Of a stretch of DNA of 64,000 bases, positions 13,601 through 21,812 are shown piece after piece. The translations under genes and the position numbers were made by a program. The notes under the pieces were generated by a model, which was given only the letters and a program-made list of their open reading frames with translations, was not told where the DNA came from and ran no database searches. Each line of letters begins with the position of its first letter. Positions within the stretch are counted from its first letter, which is position 1. Source of the DNA: a bacterium (lineage in GTDB: Bacteria > Hinthialibacterota > Hinthialibacteria > Hinthialibacterales > Hinthialibacteraceae); contig JBHGBC010000001.1 in assembly GCA_041946805.1 (NCBI GenBank), positions 96,001-160,000 on the forward strand, written 5' to 3'.

Positions 13601-14606
13601 CGTGCCCGATTCGATCACCTTCGCGGATACGCCGGTCCTTTCGGAAAGCCGGCAAGACTGCTCGATCCAAAACACGGGCAACGGCGACATTACGATCATT
13701 GGCATCGACGTGGAGGGCGATGACGCGGATTCGTTCCGTCACACGGGCATCAACCAGGTCATCGGCGCGGGAAAGGCGTTGACCTTCGAAGTGGTTTTCG
13801 CGCCACAACGCCCCGGGCTGCTCTCCGCCCGGCTGCGGGTGAAATCCACCGATTTCAACAATCCCGACGTCACCGTCCCGCTATCGGGAACCGGCGCGGC
13901 GGCGGCCATCACGCCCACGCCCACCCAAGTCCCACCCACGGCCACACCCACCAGCACGCCCACGGCTTCACCCACACTCCAGCCGCAGGCCACTCCCACG
14001 AAATCCCAGGAACCGGGGCCGACTCCGACACCCCAATCCGGGGGCGGCATCCTGGCCGTCTATGAATTCGATCAGGACACGCTCGAAGCGGACGGCTGGT
14101 TCGCGATTCCCGGGGGATTCAATACCGCCGATCCCGGGACCATCCAGCCGGCCCCGCTGATTTTCGGCCTTATCCCCTCCTCGCGGGACAAGAAGGGATT
14201 GGCGGTCACGGTCAGTCCGGGCCAGGTGGCGTTCCTGGCGGCCTCCTCGGCCCTGCCCACGGGCGGCAAACCCGTCCTATTGCGGATGACCGCGCAGGCC
14301 GACGCGCCCAACGCCTCGCTCTTCGTGGTCGCTCTCAAGGGCGGTTTGGCGGGCAACCAGGGCGTGGACGGCTCCCTGGCGTATCACAATCCGGTCAGCG
14401 CCGCGCAATACATGGAACGGGAACGAGTCTTCGTTTTGCTCTACGAACCGGATTCGGGCGACACCATCACGCCCATCATCCAGGTGGCGGGAACCGGACC
14501 GGGCGGCCCGGCGACGGTGTATATCGACAAGCTGGAAGTGTTGTCCCTCGATCCTGGGCAATCGTATCCGGGAGCATTGTTCCGTTCCGCGCCGGGAGCG
14601 GATTAA
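10626..14606 (+). CDS. Secreted modular thermolysin-family (M4) metalloprotease with propeptide, beta-propeller-like region, Ig-like domain, Pro/Thr linker and C-terminal domain
   Basis: FTP-like propeptide (DELGMTHVLLQQKYKDLPVWG). M4 motifs NAFW, HELTH, ALNEHLAD and DNGGVHVNSG. TolB-like repeats (PAISGDG, HPTFRGD), Ig-like IQNTGNGDITI...FAP, and a PTATPT linker. Confidence 0.88.
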   Translation: MKKNSPRVWILGFCLTGILAGMAWLTASFAPPTPARILFQISAAEKARLLAAAKPPRPAPANQLPSKFTTPPQKTRSAQAPDPATAKVSLAGLTPNLPRPQTVPAMPPGNAPNAAPRKLRGLPRGSGRTVPDPYQQQAIGRLLDQLGPEADLQMDNLSRTLRCLRGDLSRVVANSETYRQARSRGDFGAMALALAGELNVVMNIRDPRDEFSTEKVSRDELGMTHVLLQQKYKDLPVWGAQVGVHFNQMDNPIQISGVYTSTPVWMPEPARRIGPRTAIQKAQEELQTTGPGLVQPTAEPMIYWDLDRAPEMTYRVDLTPSLAAHWQVFVSMESGRIVHKLQAICSQAATGQSPDLNNQPRTVNCWNDNGVYYAIDTSRPIYNSQSQPPVFSKIQGALMVLDAQNQDVSTLNQIPIARSSDVNRWDPTVVSVLSNFATVEEYYRQTFNRNSIDGKGMSIVGIVHARFKDANGNPNSDNAFWSSSLQMMMFGDGEQDFKNLPEGLDVTGHELTHGVINHSANLIYENQSGALNEHLADLFGTMVDPGDWLIGEDIVARGEALRDMQDPHNPNVQSPQPKIMAEYQNLANTPQTDNGGVHVNSGIPNYMSYLLTDGPNGVGRDKSQRILYRAMTEYLTQRSQFLDYRRAVLSAAKDLYGDNSPETQAVNSAFDAVGIVDGETPGPTEPTPAPTGQEQVVFLAADPNIFQQNGEIHYLLVLYDNGQFTLVSPRYVSNTRPAISGDGSFGLYVDETHNLYLTDGINEQLIRGQNDIRTIALSKDLRYVAYTTTPEDNLIHVRNMKTGEERTAELNIPRVDGNLEALDYADVLTFNHRGDYLIFDAVHNGVWGLYSLRVVDLAAQQVAANTPGEQLGNPIFANYNDSLLLADYFVSQGGQTAVAMIALDFDTNQMGILQGGLNIAAHPTFRGDDQRVVFRSGNPDQNAYFLYEAELQEGEVALKPNSQKQIATFNLPFSYPIGFQVGTYTPVEGKIAVPDSITFADTPVLSESRQDCSIQNTGNGDITIIGIDVEGDDADSFRHTGINQVIGAGKALTFEVVFAPQRPGLLSARLRVKSTDFNNPDVTVPLSGTGAAAAITPTPTQVPPTATPTSTPTASPTLQPQATPTKSQEPGPTPTPQSGGGILAVYEFDQDTLEADGWFAIPGGFNTADPGTIQPAPLIFGLIPSSRDKKGLAVTVSPGQVAFLAASSALPTGGKPVLLRMTAQADAPNASLFVVALKGGLAGNQGVDGSLAYHNPVSAAQYMERERVFVLLYEPDSGDTITPIIQVAGTGPGGPATVYIDKLEVLSLDPGQSYPGALFRSAPGAD
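13909..14037 (+). repeat. Pro/Thr-rich low-complexity linker (TPTPT...) inside the M4 protease
   Basis: ITPTPTQVPPTATPTSTPTASPTLQPQATPTKSQEPGPTPTPQ. Confidence 0.8.
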
Positions 14607-14627
14607 GACCGGGAAACACCCGTTGGC

Positions 14628-14695
14628 TAGGGGCGGCCGCCGGCCGCCCCTACAGGCTTTCCCTCACCCCCGCCCTCTCCCATAAAGGGAGAGGG
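14628..14695. repeat. Composite REP cluster: family D palindrome (TAGGGGCGGCCG-C-CGGCCGCCCCTA) plus family B (CCCTCACCC...CCCTCTCCC...GGGAGAGGG); may terminate the convergent genes
   Basis: Perfect 12-bp inverted repeat at 14628-14652 and a family B hairpin at 14661-14695, between convergent stop codons. Confidence 0.8.
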
Positions 14696-14701
14696 ACCGC
14701 A

Positions 14702-17700
14702 TCAATCCCGCAGATGCTTCATCTCGGTGCGCAGTTTCCAGAGTTTGTAAATGGCCGGGTAGATGAGCAGTTCCAGGATGAACGAAGTCGCCAGGCCGCC
14801 GATCATGGGCGCGGCGATCCGTTTCATCACGTCCGCCCCGGCCGAGGTGGACCACATGATCGGCAAGAGGCCCATGAAGGCCGAACAAACGGTCATGATC
14901 TTGGGCCGGGCGCGCTTGACCGCCCCGTGAATGATGGCTTCGTCCAGCTCGGCCCGCGAACGCAACAAGCCCCGGCGCTGGGCGTCATCGTAGGAGAGAT
15001 CGAGGAACAGGAGCATGAAGACCCCGGTTTCGGCGTCCAGCCCCAGGAGGGCGATCATCCCCACCCAGGCGGCGATGGAGACGTTGTAATCGAGAAAATG
15101 GAACAGCCAGATCGCGCCGATGGCCGAGAACGGCACGGCGAGCATCACCACGATGGCCTTGAACGCCGACTTGGTGTTGGCGTAGAGCAGCACGAAAATC
15201 AGGGCCAGGGTGATGGGCACGATCAGTTTCAAATGCTCGCGCACGCGCAGCATGTTTTCGTATTGCCCGCTCCACTGCAGCACGTAGCCGGTAGGCAGGG
15301 AGAGGTTGTCGCGCACCCGCTGCTTCGCCTCTTCCACGTAGCCGCCGATATCCCGCCCGGTGATATCGACATACACATACCCGGCCAGGAAGCCGTTTTC
15401 GTTGCGGAGCATCGAAGGCCCCTGCACCAGCTCGATGTCCGCCAGCTGCGCCAGGGGGATCTGCGCGCCCGTCCGCGTGGGGACCAGCACGCGCCGCAGG
15501 CGGGTGATGTCGTCGCGCAACTCGCGGGGATAGCGCAGGTTCACGGGATAGCGCTCGCGGCCTTCGATGGTGGTGGTGATGTTCTCGCCCCCGATGGCGC
15601 TGACGATGATCATCTGCAGTTCCTCGATGGTCAGCCCGTAGCGGGCCAACTGGTCGCGGCGGGGCACGAAATCGACGAAATACCCGCCCGCCACCCGCTC
15701 GGCGTACACGCTGCGCGTGCCGGGGATCTCCCGCAGCAAGGTTTCCAGCTCCGAGCCGATGCGCTCGATCTCCTTCAAGTTGCCGCCGAAGATCTTGATG
15801 CCGATGGGTGTGCGCACGCCGGTGGTCAGCATGTCGATGCGCCCCTTGATGGGCATCGTCCAGGCGTTGGTGGATCCGGGGATGCGTAGCGCCTGGTCCA
15901 TCTCGCCGATGAGTTCCTCCCACGAGATCCGGTCGGGCCAGATGGGCCGTAAAAACGGCTTGAGCCACTCGGGGGCGCGGTGGGTGTGCCACTGTTCCTT
16001 GGGGCGCCATTGGTCCTCGGGCTTGAGGATCACCGTGGTCTCCATCATCGAGAAGGGGGCGGGATCGGTGGAGGTGTCGGCGCGGCCCGCCTTGCCGAAG
16101 ACGCGCTCCACCTCAGGGAACGCGCGCAGGATGCGGTCCTGGGTTTGCATCAGTTCCTGCGCTTGGGTTACGGAGATACCAGGCAGGGTGGTGGGCATGT
16201 AGAGGATGGTGCCCTCGTTGAGGGGCGGCATGAATTCGGATCCCAGTTCAAAATACCACGGCAGGCTGGCGGCCACGAGCAGCAACGCCGCGAGAATCGT
16301 CAGGCGGGGAAAACGGAGCACCAGGCGGCAGGCCGGTTCATAGAAAAAATGAATCACGCGGCTGATGGGATGGCGCTCTTCGGGGTAATACGTCCCCACC
16401 GCCGCCTTGGTGAACAGCCAGGCCAGCCAGCGGGGCCGGAAGGTGAAGGGATCCATGCGGGTGAAGAGCATGCGCAGGGCGGGATCGAGCGTCACCGCCA
16501 GCCCCGCGGCGATGGCCATGGCCAGGTTCTTGGAGATGGCCAGGGGCATGAAGAGGCGGCCCTCCTGCTCGACCAGGGCGAAGATGGGCAAAAAGGCCAC
16601 GGCGATGACCAGCAGCGAGAAGAACACCGAGGGCCCCACTTCCTTCAACGCTTCCAGGCGGACTTCGTGAAAGTCGCCTTTCCGTCCTTCGGCCTGCCAG
16701 TGATACAACTTGTTGTAGGCGTTCTCGACCTCCACGATCGCGCCGTCCACCAGCACGCCGATGGAGATGGCGATGCCCGCCAGCGACATGATGTTCACCG
16801 TCACGCCCAGGTAATACAGCGGGATGAACGACAGCAGCACCGCCACCGGGATGGTGACGATGGGCACGATGGCGGAGGGGATATGCCACAGGAAAATCAA
16901 GATGACGAGGGAGACGATGATCATCTCCAGCGTCAACTCGTGCTTGAGGGTGTCGATGGCGCGCTGGATCAGATCGGCGCGGTCGTAGGTGGTGACGATC
17001 TCCACGCCCGCGGGCAGTGACGTCTCCAGTTCGTGCAATTTCTGCTTGACCCTTCCGATCACGTTCAGGGCGTTCTCGCCGTGGCGCATGACCACGATCC
17101 CGCCCACGTGATCGCCCAGCCCGTCCAGGTCGGAGATGCCCCGGCGGATTTCCGGCCCCAGCTCAACGCGGGCGATGTCCCGCAACAGCACCGGCACGCC
17201 GCCCGGCGTGGCCTTCACCACGATCTGCTCGAAATCCTCGATGGAGCGGGCGTAGCCCCGGCCCCGCACCATGTATTCCTTGCCGCTGAACTCCAGCAGC
17301 CGCCCCCCCACCTCGTTGTTGGAGCGGCGGATGGCCTCGACCACCTCATCCAGGGGCAATTGGTAGCTGACCAGCCGGTTGGGATCCACGGTGATCTGGT
17401 ATTGCTTGATGAATCCTCCGATGGCGGCCACCTCGGCCACCCCCGGCACGGACTGCAGGGCGTAGCGGAGGGTCCAATCCTGGTACGAGCGCAATTGGTC
17501 CAGCGAATGGGTTCCCGAATGATCCACCAAGGCATACTGGAAGATCCAGCCCACGCCGGTGGCGTCCGGGCCGATTTCGGTCTGCACGCCCTCGGGCAGG
17601 CGGGGCGTGATCTTCGAAAGATATTCCAGCACGCGCGACCGCGCCCAGTACATGTCGGTCCCGTCCTGGAAGATGACGTAGACATACGAGAAGCCGAAAT

Positions 17701-17956
17701 CGGAGAAGCCGCGGATGGCCTTGACGTTCGGCGCGCCCAGCAACGCGGTGATGATGGGGTAGGTCACCTGGTCCTCGATGATGTCCGGCGAGCGGTCCCA
17801 GCGGGAATAGATGATGACCTGGGTATCGGACAGGTCGGGTAGCGCGTCGAGGCGGATCTCTTCCAGCAGATACACCGCCAGCACCGACAGGGCGATCCCC
17901 CCCAGCAGCACCAGGTACTTGTTATGGGCCGAATATTCGATGATGGATTTGATCAT
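14702..17956 (-). CDS. cusA: CusA/SilA-type heavy-metal efflux RND permease
   Basis: Motifs LDALPDLSDTQVI, GPDATGVGW, NIMSLAGIAISIGVLVDGAIV, GSEFMPPLNEG, TDPAPFSMMET and RARPKIMT; 1084 aa. Confidence 0.93.
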   Translation of the reverse strand: MIKSIIEYSAHNKYLVLLGGIALSVLAVYLLEEIRLDALPDLSDTQVIIYSRWDRSPDIIEDQVTYPIITALLGAPNVKAIRGFSDFGFSYVYVIFQDGTDMYWARSRVLEYLSKITPRLPEGVQTEIGPDATGVGWIFQYALVDHSGTHSLDQLRSYQDWTLRYALQSVPGVAEVAAIGGFIKQYQITVDPNRLVSYQLPLDEVVEAIRRSNNEVGGRLLEFSGKEYMVRGRGYARSIEDFEQIVVKATPGGVPVLLRDIARVELGPEIRRGISDLDGLGDHVGGIVVMRHGENALNVIGRVKQKLHELETSLPAGVEIVTTYDRADLIQRAIDTLKHELTLEMIIVSLVILIFLWHIPSAIVPIVTIPVAVLLSFIPLYYLGVTVNIMSLAGIAISIGVLVDGAIVEVENAYNKLYHWQAEGRKGDFHEVRLEALKEVGPSVFFSLLVIAVAFLPIFALVEQEGRLFMPLAISKNLAMAIAAGLAVTLDPALRMLFTRMDPFTFRPRWLAWLFTKAAVGTYYPEERHPISRVIHFFYEPACRLVLRFPRLTILAALLLVAASLPWYFELGSEFMPPLNEGTILYMPTTLPGISVTQAQELMQTQDRILRAFPEVERVFGKAGRADTSTDPAPFSMMETTVILKPEDQWRPKEQWHTHRAPEWLKPFLRPIWPDRISWEELIGEMDQALRIPGSTNAWTMPIKGRIDMLTTGVRTPIGIKIFGGNLKEIERIGSELETLLREIPGTRSVYAERVAGGYFVDFVPRRDQLARYGLTIEELQMIIVSAIGGENITTTIEGRERYPVNLRYPRELRDDITRLRRVLVPTRTGAQIPLAQLADIELVQGPSMLRNENGFLAGYVYVDITGRDIGGYVEEAKQRVRDNLSLPTGYVLQWSGQYENMLRVREHLKLIVPITLALIFVLLYANTKSAFKAIVVMLAVPFSAIGAIWLFHFLDYNVSIAAWVGMIALLGLDAETGVFMLLFLDLSYDDAQRRGLLRSRAELDEAIIHGAVKRARPKIMTVCSAFMGLLPIMWSTSAGADVMKRIAAPMIGGLATSFILELLIYPAIYKLWKLRTEMKHLRD

Positions 17957-18026
17957 GGGTTAATCCAATGCGATGAATTGCTGTATTACGCCATGGATGA
18001 CATGCGTTTCAGGCGCCTGGCTTCTA

Positions 18027-18054
18027 GTAGGGGCACGTTGCAACGTGCCCCTGC
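18027..18054. repeat. REP-like family D palindrome between cusB and cusA
   Basis: Perfect 24-bp palindrome AGGGGCACGTTG|CAACGTGCCCCT at 18029-18052, similar to 50868-50895 and 42121-42148. Confidence 0.8.
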
Positions 18055-18082
18055 TTACTTGACGGGATATTTTTTTATTCCC

Positions 18083-19783
18083 TCACATCCCACCACCCAT
18101 CCCCTGGATCGCGGCGCGCAGGCGGGATTCGGAATCGATCAGGAAATTCGCCTTGACCACCACGTTCTCACCGGGCTGGACACCGGACAGGATCTGCGCC
18201 TGGCCGCCGCCGCGGATGCCCACTTTCACGTCGCGCGGCTGCAACCGCCCATCATCCTGCCGCACGAAAACCACCTGGCGCAGGCCGGTGTCCATCACCG
18301 CCGAATCGGGGACCACGACCGACTCGGGCGTGTCGATCTGCAATGTGACATCCACGTACATGGACGGTTTGAGCGCCAGGGTGGGATTGGCGAAATCCAG
18401 GCGGACCTTCAAGGTCCGGCTTTCGGGATTCAGGTAGGGATAGATATAGGCCACGCGGCCTTTCAGCTCGACAGTGGGATCGTAAGGAAGCGTCAGCGTG
18501 GCCTCCTGTCCCACGCGGACCGCCCGGGCCTCGTACTCGTAGAAATCGGCCTCGATCCAGACGTGCGAAAGATCGGTGATGACGAACAGCTCCATGCCCG
18601 GCTCGACCTGGTGGCCCTCGTAGATGTCCTTGGAAGTGACGAAGCCGGAGACGGGGGCGTTGAGGACCACCGCGCGCTGGGGCTTGCCGGCGCGGGTGAG
18701 TTTCCCGATGAAATCCTGGGGCACGTCGAACAGTTCCAACCGCCGCCGCGAGGCCTCCAATAGATCTTCTCCCCCTTTCCGGACTTCGGTGATTCGCGAG
18801 TTCTGAAACCGCTTGTGGATTTCCAACGCGCGCAAAAATTCCTCCTGCGTGGCCAGCAACTCGGGCGAATAGATGGACAGGATCGGTTCTCCCTTCTTCA
18901 CGGCCTGCCCGGTGAAGTTGGCGTAGAGTTTCTCGACGAAGCCGGCGATCTTGGTGTGCACGTGCCGGACGCGGGTTTCATCGGCGAGCACCGCGCCCAC
19001 CGTGCGGGTGGTGAAACGCAGCTTTTCCGGCGTGGCGGCGACGATCTGCACGCCCGCCAGCCGGAGGGATTCCTCCGTCAGTTGAAGGGGGGCCAGGTCT
19101 TCAGGCGCGCCAGTGGCCGTCGCGGTCTGGGACGGTTCGTCCGCGTACACGGGGATGAAATCCATGCCCATGCTGTCCTGGGCCGGGACGGGGGACGTGA
19201 CCGCGGGATCCATCGGGCTGCGGTAATAAAGGATCTTGCGTTCCGAGGCGCGCGCCGCCGCGCCCGTGGATGGCGGCCCGGCGGCAGGTGTGGGTGTGGG
19301 ATGCTCAGGGCCTGAAGCGGGTAGGGCCGGTTCGGAGGCGGATGGAGTGGGGGTGGCCTTGACCTCGACCAGCTTCATGCCGCATTTGGGGCACCGGGCG
19401 TTGGGATCATGCAAGAGAACCTCGGGGTGCATGGGGCACGTGTAGAGCGGCTCGGGAAAGGGCTGGTTGGCCTGTTCAATCGGAACCAGCTTCATCCCGC
19501 ACAAGGAGCAGCGCTCGCCGGGCTTGTCCGAGGTGATTTCGGGATGCATCGGGCAGACGTACTTGGGCGCCACGGTGGGCGCGGTCTTGGTTTCGATGGG
19601 CACCAGGCGCATGCCGCAGATGGGGCAATCGCCGGGCCGGTCGGAAATGTAGGTCGGGTGCATGGGGCAATGATATTGCTTCCCCGCTTCTTCCTTGGAT
19701 CCGCAGCCGGTCAATCCGGCCAGCATCGATCCGATGAGCAGGAGAAATATAAGGAATGGAATTCTCTTTCTGCCTGTATTCAT
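18083..19783 (-). CDS. cusB: CusB-type RND periplasmic adaptor lipoprotein with three N-terminal YxCPMHP metal-binding repeats
   Basis: Start re-called at MNTGRK (ATGA overlap with the upstream TolC gene). Lipobox LTGC; YHCPMHP, YVCPMHP and YTCPMHP repeats; YYRSPMDP...DSMGMD; adaptor motifs IYSPEL, APVSG and NFLIDSES. Confidence 0.9.
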   Translation of the reverse strand: MNTGRKRIPFLIFLLLIGSMLAGLTGCGSKEEAGKQYHCPMHPTYISDRPGDCPICGMRLVPIETKTAPTVAPKYVCPMHPEITSDKPGERCSLCGMKLVPIEQANQPFPEPLYTCPMHPEVLLHDPNARCPKCGMKLVEVKATPTPSASEPALPASGPEHPTPTPAAGPPSTGAAARASERKILYYRSPMDPAVTSPVPAQDSMGMDFIPVYADEPSQTATATGAPEDLAPLQLTEESLRLAGVQIVAATPEKLRFTTRTVGAVLADETRVRHVHTKIAGFVEKLYANFTGQAVKKGEPILSIYSPELLATQEEFLRALEIHKRFQNSRITEVRKGGEDLLEASRRRLELFDVPQDFIGKLTRAGKPQRAVVLNAPVSGFVTSKDIYEGHQVEPGMELFVITDLSHVWIEADFYEYEARAVRVGQEATLTLPYDPTVELKGRVAYIYPYLNPESRTLKVRLDFANPTLALKPSMYVDVTLQIDTPESVVVPDSAVMDTGLRQVVFVRQDDGRLQPRDVKVGIRGGGQAQILSGVQPGENVVVKANFLIDSESRLRAAIQGMGGGM

Positions 19784-21150
19784 GGGCGCGTCTCTCCATT
19801 CAGGGAGCGAAGTTCCCCATCCCGGGCGGCGGGCGAGGGACGGATCAGGTATTCGATTTCCGCCCAGGTGATGAAGCGGTCGGCCTCGCGCCGCCCCAGT
19901 TCCACCCGGGCTTCGAGCCAGAGGTTGAAGTCCTCGATGACGGTCGAGAAATCGCCGCGGCCCACCAGGTACGACGACCGGGCGGCGTCCAGCGCCGCGC
20001 TGGTCTGCGGAATGATGCCCTCGGTGTAGAGTTGGATCTGTCGGCCCGCCTTGGCCCATTCGGCGGCCAAGCGTTCGATCTCCGACCGTGTGGCGATTTC
20101 CGCTTCCCGCAGTTCGTGCCGGGCCATGTCTCGTTCCTGTTCGGCGGCGCGCAGCAGAGGTTTTTGCTTGTAATTTTTCCACAACGGCAACTCGATTCCC
20201 ACTTGCAGGGTCACGATATGGTCGAAGCCGCCGCGTGAAAACACACCCGCGCCCACGGTGAAGCCGGGATTTAAATCGGCGCGCGCGGCGTCCACTTTGC
20301 GTTCGGCCACCGTGACTTCCTTTTCCTTGATCCGGATTTCGGCGGCATTCGCCAAGGCTTGGGATTCCCAAGCCGGTTCGGGCAATGCGCTTTCGGGCAG
20401 GGTGTCCACTTTTCCGAGAGTCACGGGATCGCCGCGGCCCAACAGGCGGTTCAGGGCGGCGTTCAGGACGCGGCGCTCGGATTCCAGGTCCGTCTGCCGT
20501 TCGCCCAGCCGCGAGAGCTGCAGCTGCGCCTTGATCAACGCTTCCTGCTCGGTCTCCCCCGCGCTGTAGCGCATGGAAACCGTGGCCGTGAGCATGTCCA
20601 GCAGTTCCCGGCCCAGTTCCAGGGCTTGCCGTTCCTGATCGATCGCGTACAGGCGGGCATATACCATCCGGACCTGCGACACGAGTCGGCGGCGGACCTC
20701 CTCGAGTTCCGCCGCGCGCACCGGCGCCACCGCGCGGGCCGCTTCCCGGCGCGCCTTCAATTTGCCGGGAAAGAGCAGCCCCTGCGAGATCCGCACCCCA
20801 GCCATCGACATTTCCTCATCCCCCACGGTGAGGCTGGGAAAATTCACGTCGGTCAGTTCGAACTCCACCATCGGGTCGGGCAGCGCGCCTTCGGGGGCGG
20901 TCATCTCCTCCGCGGCGTGTATGCGGCTGGTCATGACCGACACCGAGGGATTGTTGGCCAGAGCCTCCCGGACCAGGTCCTCCACCGGCGGCGCCTGGTC
21001 ATCCAGAAAAGGGGTAGCGGACACGGCCGGACCCGCGGGAACCGGCGCGAGCGGGAGTTCGGCCTCTGGGGCCCCGGCGGCCCCGGCGCGCCAAGACATC
21101 AGGACCAGGCACCCCAGCCCCACACACGCGGCGTATAGGAATCGGCGCAC
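19780..21150 (-). CDS. TolC/CusC-family outer-membrane efflux protein
   Basis: Signal peptide; motifs LVREALANNPS, ALPDPM, ISQGLLFPGKL and IELPLW; coiled-coil repeats; first gene of the RND triad. Confidence 0.88.
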   Translation of the reverse strand: MRRFLYAACVGLGCLVLMSWRAGAAGAPEAELPLAPVPAGPAVSATPFLDDQAPPVEDLVREALANNPSVSVMTSRIHAAEEMTAPEGALPDPMVEFELTDVNFPSLTVGDEEMSMAGVRISQGLLFPGKLKARREAARAVAPVRAAELEEVRRRLVSQVRMVYARLYAIDQERQALELGRELLDMLTATVSMRYSAGETEQEALIKAQLQLSRLGERQTDLESERRVLNAALNRLLGRGDPVTLGKVDTLPESALPEPAWESQALANAAEIRIKEKEVTVAERKVDAARADLNPGFTVGAGVFSRGGFDHIVTLQVGIELPLWKNYKQKPLLRAAEQERDMARHELREAEIATRSEIERLAAEWAKAGRQIQLYTEGIIPQTSAALDAARSSYLVGRGDFSTVIEDFNLWLEARVELGRREADRFITWAEIEYLIRPSPAARDGELRSLNGETRP

Positions 21151-21291
21151 GGCAGGAACCTCACAGGATTCGGTTTTTCTTAATGCAATGGTATTTTAAC
21201 CGGGATCTTCCTAGATTGTGTTGAGCTGGTTCAAAACAGCCTGAAATAACCATTGGCAAGAGTTGCCCGGTTGCTGGGATATTCTGTATGA

Positions 21292-21376
21292 CGCCCTTTC
21301 AGGGCTTCCCTCACCCTAATCCTCTCCCAGAGGGAAGTGATTCACTGGGTCCCCCCCAGGGCTGAAGCCCTGGGCT
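21292..21376. repeat. Composite REP element (family B plus family C CCCAGGGCTGAAGCCCTGGGCT)
   Basis: Same arrangement as 36997-37082: CTTCCCTCA..CCC...CCTCTCCC..GGGA...TTCA..TGGGTCCCC...CAGGGCTGAAGCCCTGGGCTAG. Confidence 0.8.
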
Positions 21377-21390
21377 AGTTTAAATGACGG

Positions 21391-21512
21391 AGCGGCAAAA
21401 AGTCACTTTATTGTGGTGCGGACATCTTGTCTGCGCAAAAATAGGGTTGCAGGCGGAACGCCTGCGCCACAATATATAGATCATCACCGTATTATTTTCA
21501 CTTTTTGCCGCT
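21391..21512. mobile_element. MITE-like 122-bp element with 13-bp terminal inverted repeats and an internal inverted pair
   Basis: AGCGGCAAAAAGT (21391-21403) pairs with ACTTTTTGCCGCT (21500-21512); internal ATTGTGGTGCGG...CTGCGCCACAAT. Single copy in the window. Confidence 0.45.
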
Positions 21513-21612
21513 TTGTCTTGAATGCGCTTTTGACACAGGACAAATCCGTGCCGCAGTCCTCCTATTTCATGCAGCACGAAAACTCACCCAAACCAGTACG
21601 GTCTATCTTGAG

Positions 21613-21628
21613 AGCAAGGTCCATGCCA
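21613..21628 (-). promoter_or_regulatory. Sigma-54 (-24/-12) promoter facing the tolC-cusB-cusA operon
   Basis: Minus strand reads TGGCATGGACCTTGCT (GG-N10-GC, close to consensus TGGCACnnnnnTTGCW); next to a sigma-54 activator gene. Confidence 0.75.
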
Positions 21629-21721
21629 CGCGGGGAGAATCCCACGATTCACGGAAACATGCGTTTTTCCAGGAATATCCGAGTATGAATCTTGGTAATG
21701 TGGTTTTGTCAGGCGCGGAGA

Positions 21722-21737
21722 TGATGCATTTGCATCA
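21722..21737. promoter_or_regulatory. Candidate enhancer (UAS) palindrome TGATGCA-TT-TGCATCA
   Basis: Perfect 7-bp arms about 95 bp upstream of the sigma-54 promoter; related sites at 24414-24429 and 24435-24450. Confidence 0.6.
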
Positions 21738-21812
21738 CCGGATTGTTGTAAATGAACAACCGGCCTGCTCTTCCAAGGGGAAAAAGGAACGCGCCTCGCC
21801 TGCCTTGCCCTT

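Noticed and set aside
19784..20371. N-terminal extension of the 762-aa cusB ORF
   Set aside because: It overlaps the TolC gene in another frame. The real start is at 19783 (signal peptide, lipobox, ATGA coupling).
21255..21267. TGGCAAGAGTTGC as a sigma-54 promoter
   Set aside because: GG-to-GC spacing is 8, not 10, and it points away from the cus operon.
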